A stretch of 64,000 nt of DNA from Bdellovibrionota bacterium (lineage in GTDB: Bacteria > Bdellovibrionota > Bdellovibrionia > Bdellovibrionales > UBA840), in contig JAYZXX010000009.1 of NCBI GenBank assembly GCA_036140815.1, positions 2,648 to 66,647 of the forward strand. The letters run 5' to 3'. The position numbers and the translations under genes are program-made. A model generated the notes under the pieces. That model was not told where the DNA came from and did not search any database. It saw only the letters and a list, made by a program, of their open reading frames with translations. Shown piece after piece: positions 1-9,738 of the stretch (its first letter is position 1; each line of letters begins with the position of its first letter).

Positions 1-2113
1 GCTCATCCAAATTTGTACTTGCCCAAAAACCTAAAATTCTGGCTGATAAACTTGAATTGATCGCTTCCGAACCAGTTAAGAAATAGGCGGAAGATGGATT
101 GTGCCTACGAAACTCCCAAGCATCTAAGCCAAAAACAGCCTTCACCTTAGCTGCCTCATAAAGGTTAAATGTTTTCACCGGTGAATCATTTAAAATTTTC
201 GATCCAATTTCTTTTTTAGCAACCGATTTTAACTGATAGTAAAAATCTCTTGGCTCATATCTACTATCTTTTAAAGTTTTCATGATTGTATTTTCAATGA
301 TTTTATCAAAACGTGATAGTTCATCCGCCAAGCGCAAGCTAACCTTCTTTAAAAAGGCTTCATTTACAGATTGATCAATTTGATCAATAAACAAACCGAT
401 CCCCGTGTCGCTAACATGATCTCGAATCAATGCACTTGTGGTCTTTTTTATAGGACTGGTAATGTAGCGCCACCAATTGCTTTGCACCTCTGGATGGTCT
501 GCATCTACTTTCGCTAGCCAATCCAAGTCATCTTCGCTCATCATAAAAAGAGCATAAACCAAAGCCTTTCCCCCGAAAACCTTAGCAAGCTCGTCCACTT
601 TAAAAAAGAAACGCTGATAAGCCCACTCAAGATCTGGGTATTCATCACAGCTCCCTGCCTTTTCTCCATGAGTCATATAAAGGTTATAAGCAAAGTTTTG
701 CAAAGGGTTGGAATTAGGCAAAATCATTGAGCTTGGCATCACGCAACCTGCCGCCTTTACTTTTTCATAGAGAGCATCAAATTCTTTCTGCACCTGAGCC
801 CGCTTATAACGCCAAATTTTAATAATAATGGTTTGACTCAGAGCCAACCGCAAATCTTCAGAACTGCTTGATTTTTCAATAAGCTCAATTTGCCTTCGGA
901 TATCTTCTGGAAATTCAACCTCAGTGCGTACCATGCTAATAATACTTTCCGGGAAGAGTTTAGCATCCTCTAAGCGGTCCAATACCTGATTGAAAAGTTC
1001 AACGTTTTTTGGCAAGTTGGTGGTACGCATTTGATCCATATTGCTTTTCGCAAATTGAATTAAAGGACCCAATCCATCGATCTGCTTTTGCACAGCCGTA
1101 ACCGCTTTCTCATCCACACCCTCTCGCCTTAAAGCATCGACAAGTAGATCCAGTTCACTCTCTAGCTTTTGAATTACAAGAGCTGGACGAAGCCACTCCT
1201 CTTGGTTACTTGGACGCGGGATTTGGATGGATATATTCCTAAAAGCTTTACGAACCTGCTTTTTAATATCTTGAAAACTCTTTGACCAAAGTTGGTATAC
1301 ATCTCCACCATAAAGCCCCAAAGCTGTCTCGAGATAAGCAGAGTTTTCCACCTCGAACTTCAAGGAATTGGCTTCTTCCAAATAAAAACGATCTATCAAA
1401 CTCTGTGCCTGAAAACTTAACTGCTCTTCTGATGCACTCAATACTTCAAATTTTGATTTTAAAAAGCTTAAAAGCTCTTTCTCAAAACCAAAAGTAACTA
1501 CTTTATTCGAATTTCTTTTTGGCAACAGATTTAGCAAGTCTTGTTTTTTAGAGTTTACATCCCCATATAAAAAGCGAGTACTACTTAACTTCTTAGCAAA
1601 GCTTAGCCACTCTAGCTCAAGCTTAGAGACAGTCTGACTAAAAGGAGTGATCTCACCAAATTTCCCGTACACTCCATTTACTCGGTCTCGATAATTTTGT
1701 AAGCCTATTGCATCTTGGAGCTCAACAGCCAAAAGAAGTTCATTCAAATAGTCTAAACTTTTTGTGCTCAGACTTTGCGGCGGATTTGCCAATTTAGCCT
1801 CAAGCACTCCTAGTCCATAAATTTCCTTGCGAATTTTATAGGCCAATCTATGACTTCGCTCTTCTAGTGAATTTCTCTTAAACTGCAGGCTTTCTAAAAT
1901 ATCTAAACTTGTATAAAAAATTTGTTCAGAGCCAATGACTTCACGAAAATTCATTAGCTCAGATACATCTAAAGCATAGTCCCTATCTGCAACATCTGAC
2001 ATAACCGGACCGAATTCTTCAAACTCAGTTCGATCACCAAAGTCACGATCACTCGCCTGCGGACTGCAGGCCAAAACAAAAATCAGTAAAGTGATCAAGC
2101 CAGAGAAATGCAT
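1..2113 (-). CDS. Large predicted lipoprotein, function unknown (partial; C-terminus lies beyond the left window edge)
   Basis: This ORF is absent from the ORF track because it has no stop in the window. I translated the minus strand by hand from the ATG at 2113-2111 and found no stop at either checked end (2113-1861 and 121-59). The frame runs to position 1. The N-terminus MHFSGLITLLIFVLAC-SPQ is a lipobox-type signal. The ATG shares one base with the TGA of the upstream gene (TGATG), which suggests translational coupling. Confidence 0.6.
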   Translation of the reverse strand, partial: MHFSGLITLLIFVLACSPQASDRDFGDRTEFEEFGPVMSDVADRDYALDVSELMNFREVIGSEQIFYTSLDILESLQFKRNSLEERSHRLAYKIRKEIYGLGVLEAKLANPPQSLSTKSLDYLNELLLAVELQDAIGLQNYRDRVNGVYGKFGEITPFSQTVSKLELEWLSFAKKLSSTRFLYGDVNSKKQDLLNLLPKRNSNKVVTFGFEKELLSFLKSKFEVLSASEEQLSFQAQSLIDRFYLEEANSLKFEVENSAYLETALGLYGGDVYQLWSKSFQDIKKQVRKAFRNISIQIPRPSNQEEWLRPALVIQKLESELDLLVDALRREGVDEKAVTAVQKQIDGLGPLIQFAKSNMDQMRTTNLPKNVELFNQVLDRLEDAKLFPESIISMVRTEVEFPEDIRRQIELIEKSSSSEDLRLALSQTIIIKIWRYKRAQVQKEFDALYEKVKAAGCVMPSSMILPNSNPLQNFAYNLYMTHGEKAGSCDEYPDLEWAYQRFFFKVDELAKVFGGKALVYALFMMSEDDLDWLAKVDADHPEVQSNWWRYITSPIKKTTSALIRDHVSDTGIGLFIDQIDQSVNEAFLKKVSLRLADELSRFDKIIENTIMKTLKDSRYEPRDFYYQLKSVAKKEIGSKILNDSPVKTFNLYEAAKVKAVFGLDAWEFRRHNPSSAYFLTGSEAINSSLSARILGFWASTNLDE

Positions 2114-3435
2114 CAAAACATCACCGCCAGGTTAAATTCATGAGTCATTTGTCTTTCCACATTTTTTCCACTCACAAGATCTGAGTAGCTATAACTTAAA
2201 CTCAATGGAATAGGAAACTTCTTACGTAAGAAACGATCAACGGTACTATAAGCAAGACTTGCCTGAAATTTTAAAGACTCAACCGAGCTATTTCTCGACA
2301 ACAATGAATAATTTCTATCCTCATAGCTTCCGCGGTAAGAGTCTTTGCTCTTCCATTCTTTAGTAAATCCAGTCCCTAAGTTTAAGTCAGGGCTTATTTG
2401 ATAGAAGGCATTGAACTCATATTTCAAACTATCGCCAATTTTTCGCTGTAAATTCTCAGTTCGATCCTCATCCGGAAGAATGTCATTTTCGGACTCTGGA
2501 ACTCTCTTATTTACTCGATCAGGGATTTGCATCAAATAGGCCAAAGCGTTGTGAAACTTAAAGTCTCCCAAACTGTATCGACTTACAATTGCATGATCGA
2601 TAAAAGTGCGATGAAAAACAGGAAGATCCAACAAATTATTAGGATCATCCTCTGGACCTGTTGGTAAATTGATATGGGCACGATACATAAAAGCCCACTT
2701 AGGATCTTCGTGGATTAGAAAACGATTTACAAGTTGAATATCGCCGATACTACTTTGCTTCTCTTCACCAAGACACTTTAAGTTTTTCTCTGCACAAAGG
2801 TCAGCAATTTTAGCCGTCAAGTTAGCACTATCTTGTAATTGGCGATAAGCATCCTCTAAACGGGATGAAAAACTATAGGAATCCCCACGATAGGAAGAAT
2901 AGTCTGATGGCATTGCCGCTTTAATTTGATCGATATTATGCTGCCCCTCATGACGAGCCGTAATTCTCGCTTGGAAATCAACAATGGGAACCGCTACAGC
3001 AAAAGTATAGGAATTTGTGACTCCGTAAGCAATAATCGGCGCTTTAAAATCAATACTTGGACTACCGTCTAATATTAAATCTCCAAGATAAACTTTATCG
3101 CCAAGATTATAATCAGGAAATTCGTTGTTCATAATTTTAACCAATTCAACAAACTCAGTATTTATTTGCTGAATCATTTTTGCATCAACTCGACGACTCA
3201 TTCGATATTGAATGGAACCAAGTTGATAATTGGAGGAGTACTTATTGCCAATTTCAGAAATAACACCCTGACGATACATCAAAGCGCGCACGCCTTTAGG
3301 AAGAAGAGTAATATCTTCTAAGGCATATATTTCTGAATTTAGAAAAAGGATGGCCATCACAAAGATGACCATGAGCCTTTGGCAAACTGCTAGCAAAATT
3401 ACTCCTCTAACAAAATCCTTCGGGATATTAACCAC
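2113..3435 (-). CDS. Putative outer-membrane beta-barrel protein (hypothetical)
   Basis: 440-aa ORF with a hydrophobic N-terminal signal-like segment (VILLAVCQRLMVIFVMAILFLNSEIYA). It is rich in Y/S/N/G and has alternating-pattern C-terminal strands ending in ...NLAVMF, the terminal aromatic typical of OMPs. The start is uncertain (GTG at 3435 or ATG at 3372). No family was recognised. Confidence 0.45.
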   Translation of the reverse strand: MVNIPKDFVRGVILLAVCQRLMVIFVMAILFLNSEIYALEDITLLPKGVRALMYRQGVISEIGNKYSSNYQLGSIQYRMSRRVDAKMIQQINTEFVELVKIMNNEFPDYNLGDKVYLGDLILDGSPSIDFKAPIIAYGVTNSYTFAVAVPIVDFQARITARHEGQHNIDQIKAAMPSDYSSYRGDSYSFSSRLEDAYRQLQDSANLTAKIADLCAEKNLKCLGEEKQSSIGDIQLVNRFLIHEDPKWAFMYRAHINLPTGPEDDPNNLLDLPVFHRTFIDHAIVSRYSLGDFKFHNALAYLMQIPDRVNKRVPESENDILPDEDRTENLQRKIGDSLKYEFNAFYQISPDLNLGTGFTKEWKSKDSYRGSYEDRNYSLLSRNSSVESLKFQASLAYSTVDRFLRKKFPIPLSLSYSYSDLVSGKNVERQMTHEFNLAVMF

Positions 3436-3591
3436 TTGAGGCTAGGCTGCCAAGATTTTAGAAGCTATTCATAGGGTAAGTTTTATAGGAAAAAAATGAT
3501 GTGGTAATAATGCCACAGTTCTGATTCTATTCGCTTTATATTAGATTTGAGAGCCGATTTTCGGTGTCTTTATCAAACAAATTGTTTTGAT

Positions 3592-4365
3592 TTATAGGCC
3601 TTCGAACGCTCTGCGTCGAAGCATTTGCCTGTAAACTTCCGTTTGTTTACGCACTTTCTTCTTTTTTTCTACTTTTTTACGCTTTTTTTCAATAGCAGCT
3701 AATATGCGTTTTTGACCAAGATTTTGGTACTCTTCACTACTTGCATGCACCTGCGCCGCCCACTGCCTACGCATTAAGACCACACGATCTCTAAAGTTGA
3801 TTTTTCCTGAACGAAAAAATTGCGCCATTTTACGGATTTGTTTTTTAATTGAATAGGGCTTTGGAATACCAGTTTGAGCGTATCCCGTTTTTACACTGAC
3901 CCCTTTCATCCAATTTTCCATTTGTTTCGGCAAAAGAATTTTTCCTTTATAGTTTTTAGGAACCAAATAAACTTCGCCCCCCATTGAACTTACCAAAACT
4001 TGTTCCTTATCTCGTGAAATGTACAATACGCAATCCACACATTCTACGCTTCCAAATTCAGTGTGAAGGATACCACTACCCTCCCACCAAACTTCCCCCC
4101 TTATTAAGTGAAGGCTTTGATCTGCTTTTTTCAAAACACTACTATCACTACCGAGTTGTAAAACAGAGTGACTCAACTCGAGAGGATATTTTCTGTGAAA
4201 GTCGGTAGCCATTAAACAGTCTTGCTTTGTGTTCGCAAGACAGTCTTCTGGAAATTGACCTAATTTATTTTGCACAGGATAATTTACTACAGCGTTTACA
4301 TCAAGAACCTGTGCCCCTAAACTTAGCGCAAAACTTGAAAGCAAAAGGACCTTGAAAAGCATCAC
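3592..4365 (-). CDS. Secreted protein with a FecR-like beta-sandwich region and a Lys/Arg-rich tail (hypothetical)
   Basis: Signal peptide MMLFKVLLLSSFALSLGAQV. The segment LHLIRGEVWWEGSGILHTEFGSVECVDCVLYISRDKEQVLVSSMGGEVYLV resembles the FecR-domain pattern. The basic tail is KKRKKVEKKKKVRK. The start overlaps the upstream gene's stop by 4 nt (ATGA). Confidence 0.4.
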   Translation of the reverse strand: MMLFKVLLLSSFALSLGAQVLDVNAVVNYPVQNKLGQFPEDCLANTKQDCLMATDFHRKYPLELSHSVLQLGSDSSVLKKADQSLHLIRGEVWWEGSGILHTEFGSVECVDCVLYISRDKEQVLVSSMGGEVYLVPKNYKGKILLPKQMENWMKGVSVKTGYAQTGIPKPYSIKKQIRKMAQFFRSGKINFRDRVVLMRRQWAAQVHASSEEYQNLGQKRILAAIEKKRKKVEKKKKVRKQTEVYRQMLRRRAFEGL

Positions 4366-5033
4366 AATTCAATCCCCTCAAGCATTTTCTCCGCCTGCTG
4401 GCGAAGATCTTTTTGCTTAAATCTCTTACTAACTAACTGGTAATTTAAAATGGCATCGTCCGTTCTTTCATACTTTTCATTAATTCTTCCCAGACGAATC
4501 AATGCATAACCAGTAAGAATATGTTCAGGGAATTGAGAAACTAGAAACTCGATACTTGAAACTGCTTCTTCAAAATTCTTTAACTGATACTGGCACTCGG
4601 CTAAGAGAAAAACTGCTTCTGGTAAATGCACGCTATCTGTATAGAAATTTTGAATCTTTTTAAATTCCACAATGGCTAGCTCGTATTTTTTGTCTTTATA
4701 TAGCCGATCCCCTTTTTTAAACAATTGGGTCGCCGACTCAAGTTCGATTGGAATTGGACTATCAACAATAGATGCCAAATTACGAAGAGAATAATTGTAT
4801 GGCTGAGATTTTACCGCCTCTGGAATTAAGCTGGCTACATTTTGTTGAAACTCCCTATAGTGATAATTCACCAAATAGTTTTCAAGCCTCTCTTTTTCTA
4901 GTTGTGCATTGGTGTGATTTAGCTTTTCCTGTAAAAAGCGCTCCTCACTATAGTGGTCTTTGTAAATGTAAAAAACATTCATCAAACCTATCAAAAGCAT
5001 CAAAATAAAAGTATTAAAACTCCTCAAACTCAT
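4362..5033 (-). CDS. Membrane-anchored coiled-coil/TPR protein, CpoB(YbgF)-like
   Basis: N-terminal TM segment (FILMLLIGLMNVFYIY), then a coiled-coil segment. The C-terminal TPR-like repeats are KKGDRLYKDKKYELAIVEFKKI...AVFLLAECQYQLKNFEEAVSSIEFLVSQFPEH...ALIRLG. This is the architecture of Tol-Pal-associated YbgF. Confidence 0.5.
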   Translation of the reverse strand: MSLRSFNTFILMLLIGLMNVFYIYKDHYSEERFLQEKLNHTNAQLEKERLENYLVNYHYREFQQNVASLIPEAVKSQPYNYSLRNLASIVDSPIPIELESATQLFKKGDRLYKDKKYELAIVEFKKIQNFYTDSVHLPEAVFLLAECQYQLKNFEEAVSSIEFLVSQFPEHILTGYALIRLGRINEKYERTDDAILNYQLVSKRFKQKDLRQQAEKMLEGIEL

Positions 5034-5263
5034 GCTTTCTCATCGGTTTTTAATGTTTGGAACTAAATCCATTGAGGTCTAGTTTCGTATTCTCCATATC
5101 TTATTGAATCATTCTGAGTCGAACAAGAAACGGAACTAGTTTTCAAGACTAAAAACTCGCTATAAATTTGACAAAAAACTCTCACCTTTTTTCGAAGTCG
5201 CATGTTTTAAAAGCACTCCACACCACAGCATGATAATAGTTCATATTTTAAGGAGCTCTAATC

Positions 5264-5911
5264 GTGAAACTAGGATTTTTCTGTGCTTTGACATTCATAT
5301 TTTCATTCGCTTGTTTCGCTACGAAAAAGCCCGCAAAATCTTGCGCAATTTCTTTAGCAGAAAAAGTATATCCCCAACCAAAATCAGGGGTACTAATTTC
5401 AGAAGATGCGGATTATTGCCTAGCCAATGTTCCAAACCGCTATAAAGAACTAGAAAACTTCCATGAGCTGATTTTTGATCCTGATCAAGGAACAATCAAT
5501 CGAACTTCCATTCGAGAAGCTTTAGCCGCAATTAACTTGCTTGAAAACTTTCTATTTAAAGGCCCTATCACAAGAGCACCTAAACAATCTAGAGCAGATT
5601 TTTATGATGGATACGGACACCCCTTTGACATAAAACTTTATAGCAGCAAAAGAACGAAACAAGGAATCGACTTTGTCCCAGAAATTCTCATTAAAGAAAT
5701 GGACGCTAAGCTAAGAGCAAGAACTCGAAACCTAATTACCGGCGAAATGGAAGCCATTGGTCTTGTTGTTGATACAACTTATTTAAGCAAAAAAGATTTA
5801 AAAAGTTTAATGGATGAAATTCATAAACACTATGAGGCTAAAGATCTAGAGCTCATTCAGTTTGTAAAACTTCCTGAGCCCATTCGCTTTTTAAGACCAC
5901 CAAAAAAATAA
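5264..5911 (+). CDS. Secreted hypothetical protein
   Basis: GTG start preceded by AAGGAG. Signal peptide MKLGFFCALTFIFSFACFA. No recognisable catalytic motif. Confidence 0.5.
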   Translation: MKLGFFCALTFIFSFACFATKKPAKSCAISLAEKVYPQPKSGVLISEDADYCLANVPNRYKELENFHELIFDPDQGTINRTSIREALAAINLLENFLFKGPITRAPKQSRADFYDGYGHPFDIKLYSSKRTKQGIDFVPEILIKEMDAKLRARTRNLITGEMEAIGLVVDTTYLSKKDLKSLMDEIHKHYEAKDLELIQFVKLPEPIRFLRPPKK

Positions 5912-5932
5912 TAGCAACTGGCCTATTTAATA

Positions 5933-7465
5933 TTAGTTGAGTTGGGAGATATCAGAACGAATCTTTGAAACCAGCTTGGCCGTTTGCTCTTTATTGGCCA
6001 AACTTAGATCTTTCGTAGCCTTCCAAAGCTCTATTCTTAGAGTCTTTAAATCGCGGAATCTATCTGGATAAACATAGTTCTCACTGGTTTCCGGTCCAAA
6101 AGTTTTCAGTTCCGTATGGGCCGTATCGTAAAATTTTCTTTTCCAAGTATTATGGTAAGTTTTAAGATCCAAAGAGTTAAGTTTTTTACGATCTAACATA
6201 CGATTTAGCTCATCACTTCTTTCTACCAAACTTTCATTCACTTGCTTTAAGATTTTCTCTTCTAGATCAGCTCTTTTTCTCTTTTGCAGATTGAATTGCT
6301 TCAATTTCATTTCAAACTGAACGTCCTTAACTCCGATAAAAATTTCTTTTTCCGATTTTAGGTTACCAAGTCTAGCCTTAACCAAATAAAAGCCATCACC
6401 CATCTTTCCGTCAGCCAAAGAGATTTCTAGGTCTTCTCCTGGAATAAACGCGAGGCTTTTAGAACGATGAAATCGAAAGTTCTTCAATATTTTATTGTCT
6501 CGACCAATGATTTCTACATGCAATTGATCCTCTCGCTCATAGTTACTTCGAATCTCTAATCTTGGGCGTAAACTCTGAAGAGCCGTTCCGTAAATACGAA
6601 GATGAGTTTCCTGTAAATCTTTGAAACCTTTTTCCTCGGCTACAGCTTGAGTGCTAGGCTCTATTTTAACGAAATTATGCAATAAAACTCCTAAACAAAT
6701 CAATAAACTTGCCACGGCAAACAATCTTGGCAAAGGAATTTTAAAGGAAAAGCGAGTTTTAATATTTGGCAACTTCGGCAACCAGGCCTTGGTGCTTTCT
6801 TCAGCCACCTGGGTAACTGCACTTTTGTTTTTATTGTGGAAACTAAAACTCAGTTGATTAATTTCATCAATGCTAAGTTCCTTTTTCTCTTTCATTCTTT
6901 TCTTCGTTAGGTCTTCCGTTAAAGCCTCTGAGGGAGCTGCTTCTTCGGCATATTCTAATATATCGCGTCCTTCGAAGTTTGCCACTGACTGCAATAATTC
7001 TCGACGATCCGCACCTGATAAAATTGGTTCGTTTGGCAATTCCTGAATTGGATTCAGGCCTTCATCCAATTTACTTGGTAAAAAGCTACTTACATCCCCA
7101 ATTCTCTCCCATGTCTGAAAGCCTGGCTTCCAAATGCGGTGGGAATAATCCAAATCTCCAAGGGCAATTTTGGACAAAATCTCTCTAGCTGCATAGGGCC
7201 CATCCTGAACAAATTCGCCATCTTCTGATGCAACGAGAACAACCCAGTGTCGTTCCGGCATAGCATCTACTTCCAAGCTGATTTGCTCGCCAGAAAAATG
7301 ATCTCTTACAAAATCAAGCTGTAAAGCTGGGTACCAATTGGAATCCCCCTCCAGACAAAAATAACTGTCCGATGGTATTTGCGAGCTTTTGATATTTTTT
7401 TGAATTTCTTTTTCTGAAATTGGACCGATTAAACGTTCCCCAAACTGTACGTACCATTTATGCAT
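5933..7465 (-). CDS. Membrane protein with two N-terminal GYF_2 (DUF4339)-like domains
   Basis: First GYF_2-like copy: MHKWYVQFGERLIGPISEKEIQKNIKSSQIPSDSYFCLEGDSNWYPALQL. Second copy: HWVVLV...DGPYAAREILSKIALGDLDYSHRIWKPGFQTWERIGDV. A central TM segment (LFAVASLLICLGVLL) follows. ATG at 7465 is preceded by GGGGGAAAG, whereas the track start at 7480 is TTG. Confidence 0.6.
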   Translation of the reverse strand: MHKWYVQFGERLIGPISEKEIQKNIKSSQIPSDSYFCLEGDSNWYPALQLDFVRDHFSGEQISLEVDAMPERHWVVLVASEDGEFVQDGPYAAREILSKIALGDLDYSHRIWKPGFQTWERIGDVSSFLPSKLDEGLNPIQELPNEPILSGADRRELLQSVANFEGRDILEYAEEAAPSEALTEDLTKKRMKEKKELSIDEINQLSFSFHNKNKSAVTQVAEESTKAWLPKLPNIKTRFSFKIPLPRLFAVASLLICLGVLLHNFVKIEPSTQAVAEEKGFKDLQETHLRIYGTALQSLRPRLEIRSNYEREDQLHVEIIGRDNKILKNFRFHRSKSLAFIPGEDLEISLADGKMGDGFYLVKARLGNLKSEKEIFIGVKDVQFEMKLKQFNLQKRKRADLEEKILKQVNESLVERSDELNRMLDRKKLNSLDLKTYHNTWKRKFYDTAHTELKTFGPETSENYVYPDRFRDLKTLRIELWKATKDLSLANKEQTAKLVSKIRSDISQLN

Positions 7466-7795
7466 AAGACTTTCCCCCAAAAAGATCTTAAACTTTCTTA
7501 CCTAATAAAGTGTGGAACCTTATTAGCCCTTTGGCTAGCTCTTTTTTAGTAAAGCTAGACTTTTTCAGAAAACTTCTTAAGCCCTAAGCATTTGTTTTTA
7601 ATCTGAAAATAAAAAGTGGAAGCATTATTTTGCAGCTTGATTGGCGAATCACTTTATTGAAAACAGAAAACCAATTGCTCCAAATGAGCATGTCTTCATT
7701 TTAGTTTTGGCCATTTACTAAGCTTTTAAACAAGAACAATAAGCATTCCCCTCTTTTATTTTGCAATGCTCTGTTAACTAAGATTTAATATTGCC

Positions 7796-8965
7796 ATGGA
7801 AAAAAAGAACAAAAACATCATATTTTATACGTCGCTTATATTTTCAGCAATCGCTGTTTATTGTCTTTACTATTTGGCTGAACAACATTGGGCTCTAAAA
7901 TTAGGAGCTGCCGCCACAGAAAGTATGTGTAACTTAAATGCTACTTTTAACTGTGACGCCGTTAGTGCCAGTCGGTTTTCAAGTTTTTTCAATATACCCA
8001 TCGCTCTATGGGGCGCGGTCAGCTTCGGGATCTATTTAGTGGCTTTCAGTATGGGGGTAAGCGCTAACATCCCTCGTTTACTTAGACACAGCTTTTATCT
8101 AAGTAACTTCTTCATCGTAATGAGTATCATCATGGCAGTTATTTCATTAGCATTCATGAACACCTATTGTCTGTTTTGCATTGCTACCTATATATGTTCT
8201 GTCGTGATATTTTTCTGTACAAAAAGCTTAAACGAAGATGGCTACAGTAAGTTTTCTGACGACATTAAAGATATGTTTGGTCCAGCCAAGTCCTTTTTGG
8301 CCATTTACCTTCTAATTCCAGTACTAAGCTTCGTTTTTCAAGACATGGCTCACGGACAAAGCCTTAAAGCGATGAGTGATGCCGTTGCAGCTGCTAAGCT
8401 GGATTATCAAAACTCACGAACTTATCAATTTGAAGTAGAACCAAGTTACAAATTTGGCGCAAGTGACGCTGAAGCAAAAGTGATCGTTCACGAATTTGCC
8501 GATTTCCTATGTCCACATTGTAAATTTGCACTTCCAACTCTAAAGGCCTTTGTAAGCTCAAAGCCCGATGTACAATTGCGATTCTATGCTTTTCCACTTA
8601 GTGCTGAATGTAATGCAGCCATCGGAGGCTCAGGCCCAGATCGTTGCCGCTTAGCTCGAGTGTCTTACTGTGCTGAAAAAGAATTTTCAAAAGGAAAAGA
8701 GGTTACCACTGAGCTATTCGCCCAACAAGGCTATTACAGAAGTTCCAATGTAATTTCAGAAATCGCTACCAAATTTGCTATTGATGAAAAAAAACTGAGT
8801 GAATGTGAAGCTGATAAATCTGCCAATGAAGCCATATTAGCTCAAGCCAAGCTCGGTCAAGATGCCGGCATCCGTGGTACACCAGCTATTTTCATTAATG
8901 GAAAAAAATTGAGCTATGGAGCAAGGCTGCCAATATTAAATGGCGTCTACGAAATTGCAAAATAA
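7796..8965 (+). CDS. VKOR-DsbA fusion: vitamin K epoxide reductase-family membrane domain fused to a thioredoxin-fold thiol:disulfide oxidoreductase
   Basis: The loop cysteine pair CNLNATFNC and the TM CxxC (CLFC) sit in a multi-TM N-terminal half, as in VKOR. The C-terminal half carries FADFLCPHCKF (CPHC, DsbA-like). Confidence 0.8.
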   Translation: MEKKNKNIIFYTSLIFSAIAVYCLYYLAEQHWALKLGAAATESMCNLNATFNCDAVSASRFSSFFNIPIALWGAVSFGIYLVAFSMGVSANIPRLLRHSFYLSNFFIVMSIIMAVISLAFMNTYCLFCIATYICSVVIFFCTKSLNEDGYSKFSDDIKDMFGPAKSFLAIYLLIPVLSFVFQDMAHGQSLKAMSDAVAAAKLDYQNSRTYQFEVEPSYKFGASDAEAKVIVHEFADFLCPHCKFALPTLKAFVSSKPDVQLRFYAFPLSAECNAAIGGSGPDRCRLARVSYCAEKEFSKGKEVTTELFAQQGYYRSSNVISEIATKFAIDEKKLSECEADKSANEAILAQAKLGQDAGIRGTPAIFINGKKLSYGARLPILNGVYEIAK

Positions 8966-8971
8966 TTTTAT

Positions 8972-9562
8972 TCACTGAAAAAATATCCCCTCAAAGTGTT
9001 GCACCAACACACGGAAGGGATTTCCTAAAAAGGTGTAGGCCTCTACAACGGCCGACACCGATAAAATCACTGCCACACAAAAAGAGAAGGTTTTTAACAC
9101 CCAAATGGTTGAGCGAACGTCTTGAACCTTCAGATCGTGAATTACCTTCTCAACTCGCTTAAGTGTATTATTTAACTCATCGAAGTACCCAAATACCTGC
9201 TCATGAACTTTCTTTTGTTGCCCCGCTGGTAGTTGGTCAAAATTGGGTAAGGTTTTATGCTCTTCAATGGCTTCAATCAACTGAATAATATACCTAAAAT
9301 AACGTGAAGACTTCACTTCAAAGAATGGCATTTTATTTTTCTTCTCTTCGCGAAAAGCTTCAATCTCAGCCAGTACCGCACGATATTTTCCACCTGATAC
9401 CATTGTTAAAATATCGTGACGAAAACCTTCTGTATTTTTATGATCCGCATACTCCTTTGCAATATAACTCTGCAAATTTTCTGGTTCATTCTCTACAAGC
9501 TCAAGGTCAGCCCCTGTGCTTCCCACTTCTTCTTCAATTAGGTTTTCTGCTGCTTCTGCCAT
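8972..9562 (-). CDS. Hypothetical protein with acidic N-terminus and C-terminal TM anchor
   Basis: 196-aa ORF. C-terminal hydrophobic segment TFSFCVAVILSVSAVVEAY. No family recognised. Confidence 0.45.
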   Translation of the reverse strand: MAEAAENLIEEEVGSTGADLELVENEPENLQSYIAKEYADHKNTEGFRHDILTMVSGGKYRAVLAEIEAFREEKKNKMPFFEVKSSRYFRYIIQLIEAIEEHKTLPNFDQLPAGQQKKVHEQVFGYFDELNNTLKRVEKVIHDLKVQDVRSTIWVLKTFSFCVAVILSVSAVVEAYTFLGNPFRVLVQHFEGIFFQ

Positions 9563-9738
9563 ACTTAGGTATCGGACTAGACTTTGGTGGACTTAATAAA
9601 AGAATCCAAGACCTAAGCAAGCTAGACCATAGACTTGTATCAGGCTAGGACAAAGGCTTTGAGAGACCTTCGTCTTGCAAATAACAAGACTTTTGCCACA
9701 ATATAAATAGCGAGATCCACGCAAGGAGTGCAAAGGTC

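Noticed and set aside
1282-1497. 71-aa plus-strand ORF, the only track ORF in 1-2112.
   Set aside because: It lies antisense inside the uninterrupted >704-codon minus-strand lipoprotein ORF that runs off the window. It is a shadow ORF.
9304-9648. 114-aa plus-strand ORF overlapping the 5' half of 8972-9562.
   Set aside because: - It lies antisense to an ORF with a better start context (ATG, acidic N-terminus, C-terminal TM segment).
- Its product is low-complexity and Leu/Pro/Phe-rich.
9640-9700. Hairpin GTCTTG-caaataa-CAAGAC plus TTTTG on the plus strand upstream of the coiled-coil gene, considered as an attenuator.
   Set aside because: - The stem is only 6 bp.
- No upstream plus-strand gene or leader ORF gives it a role.
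- It is compatible with chance in AT-rich sequence.
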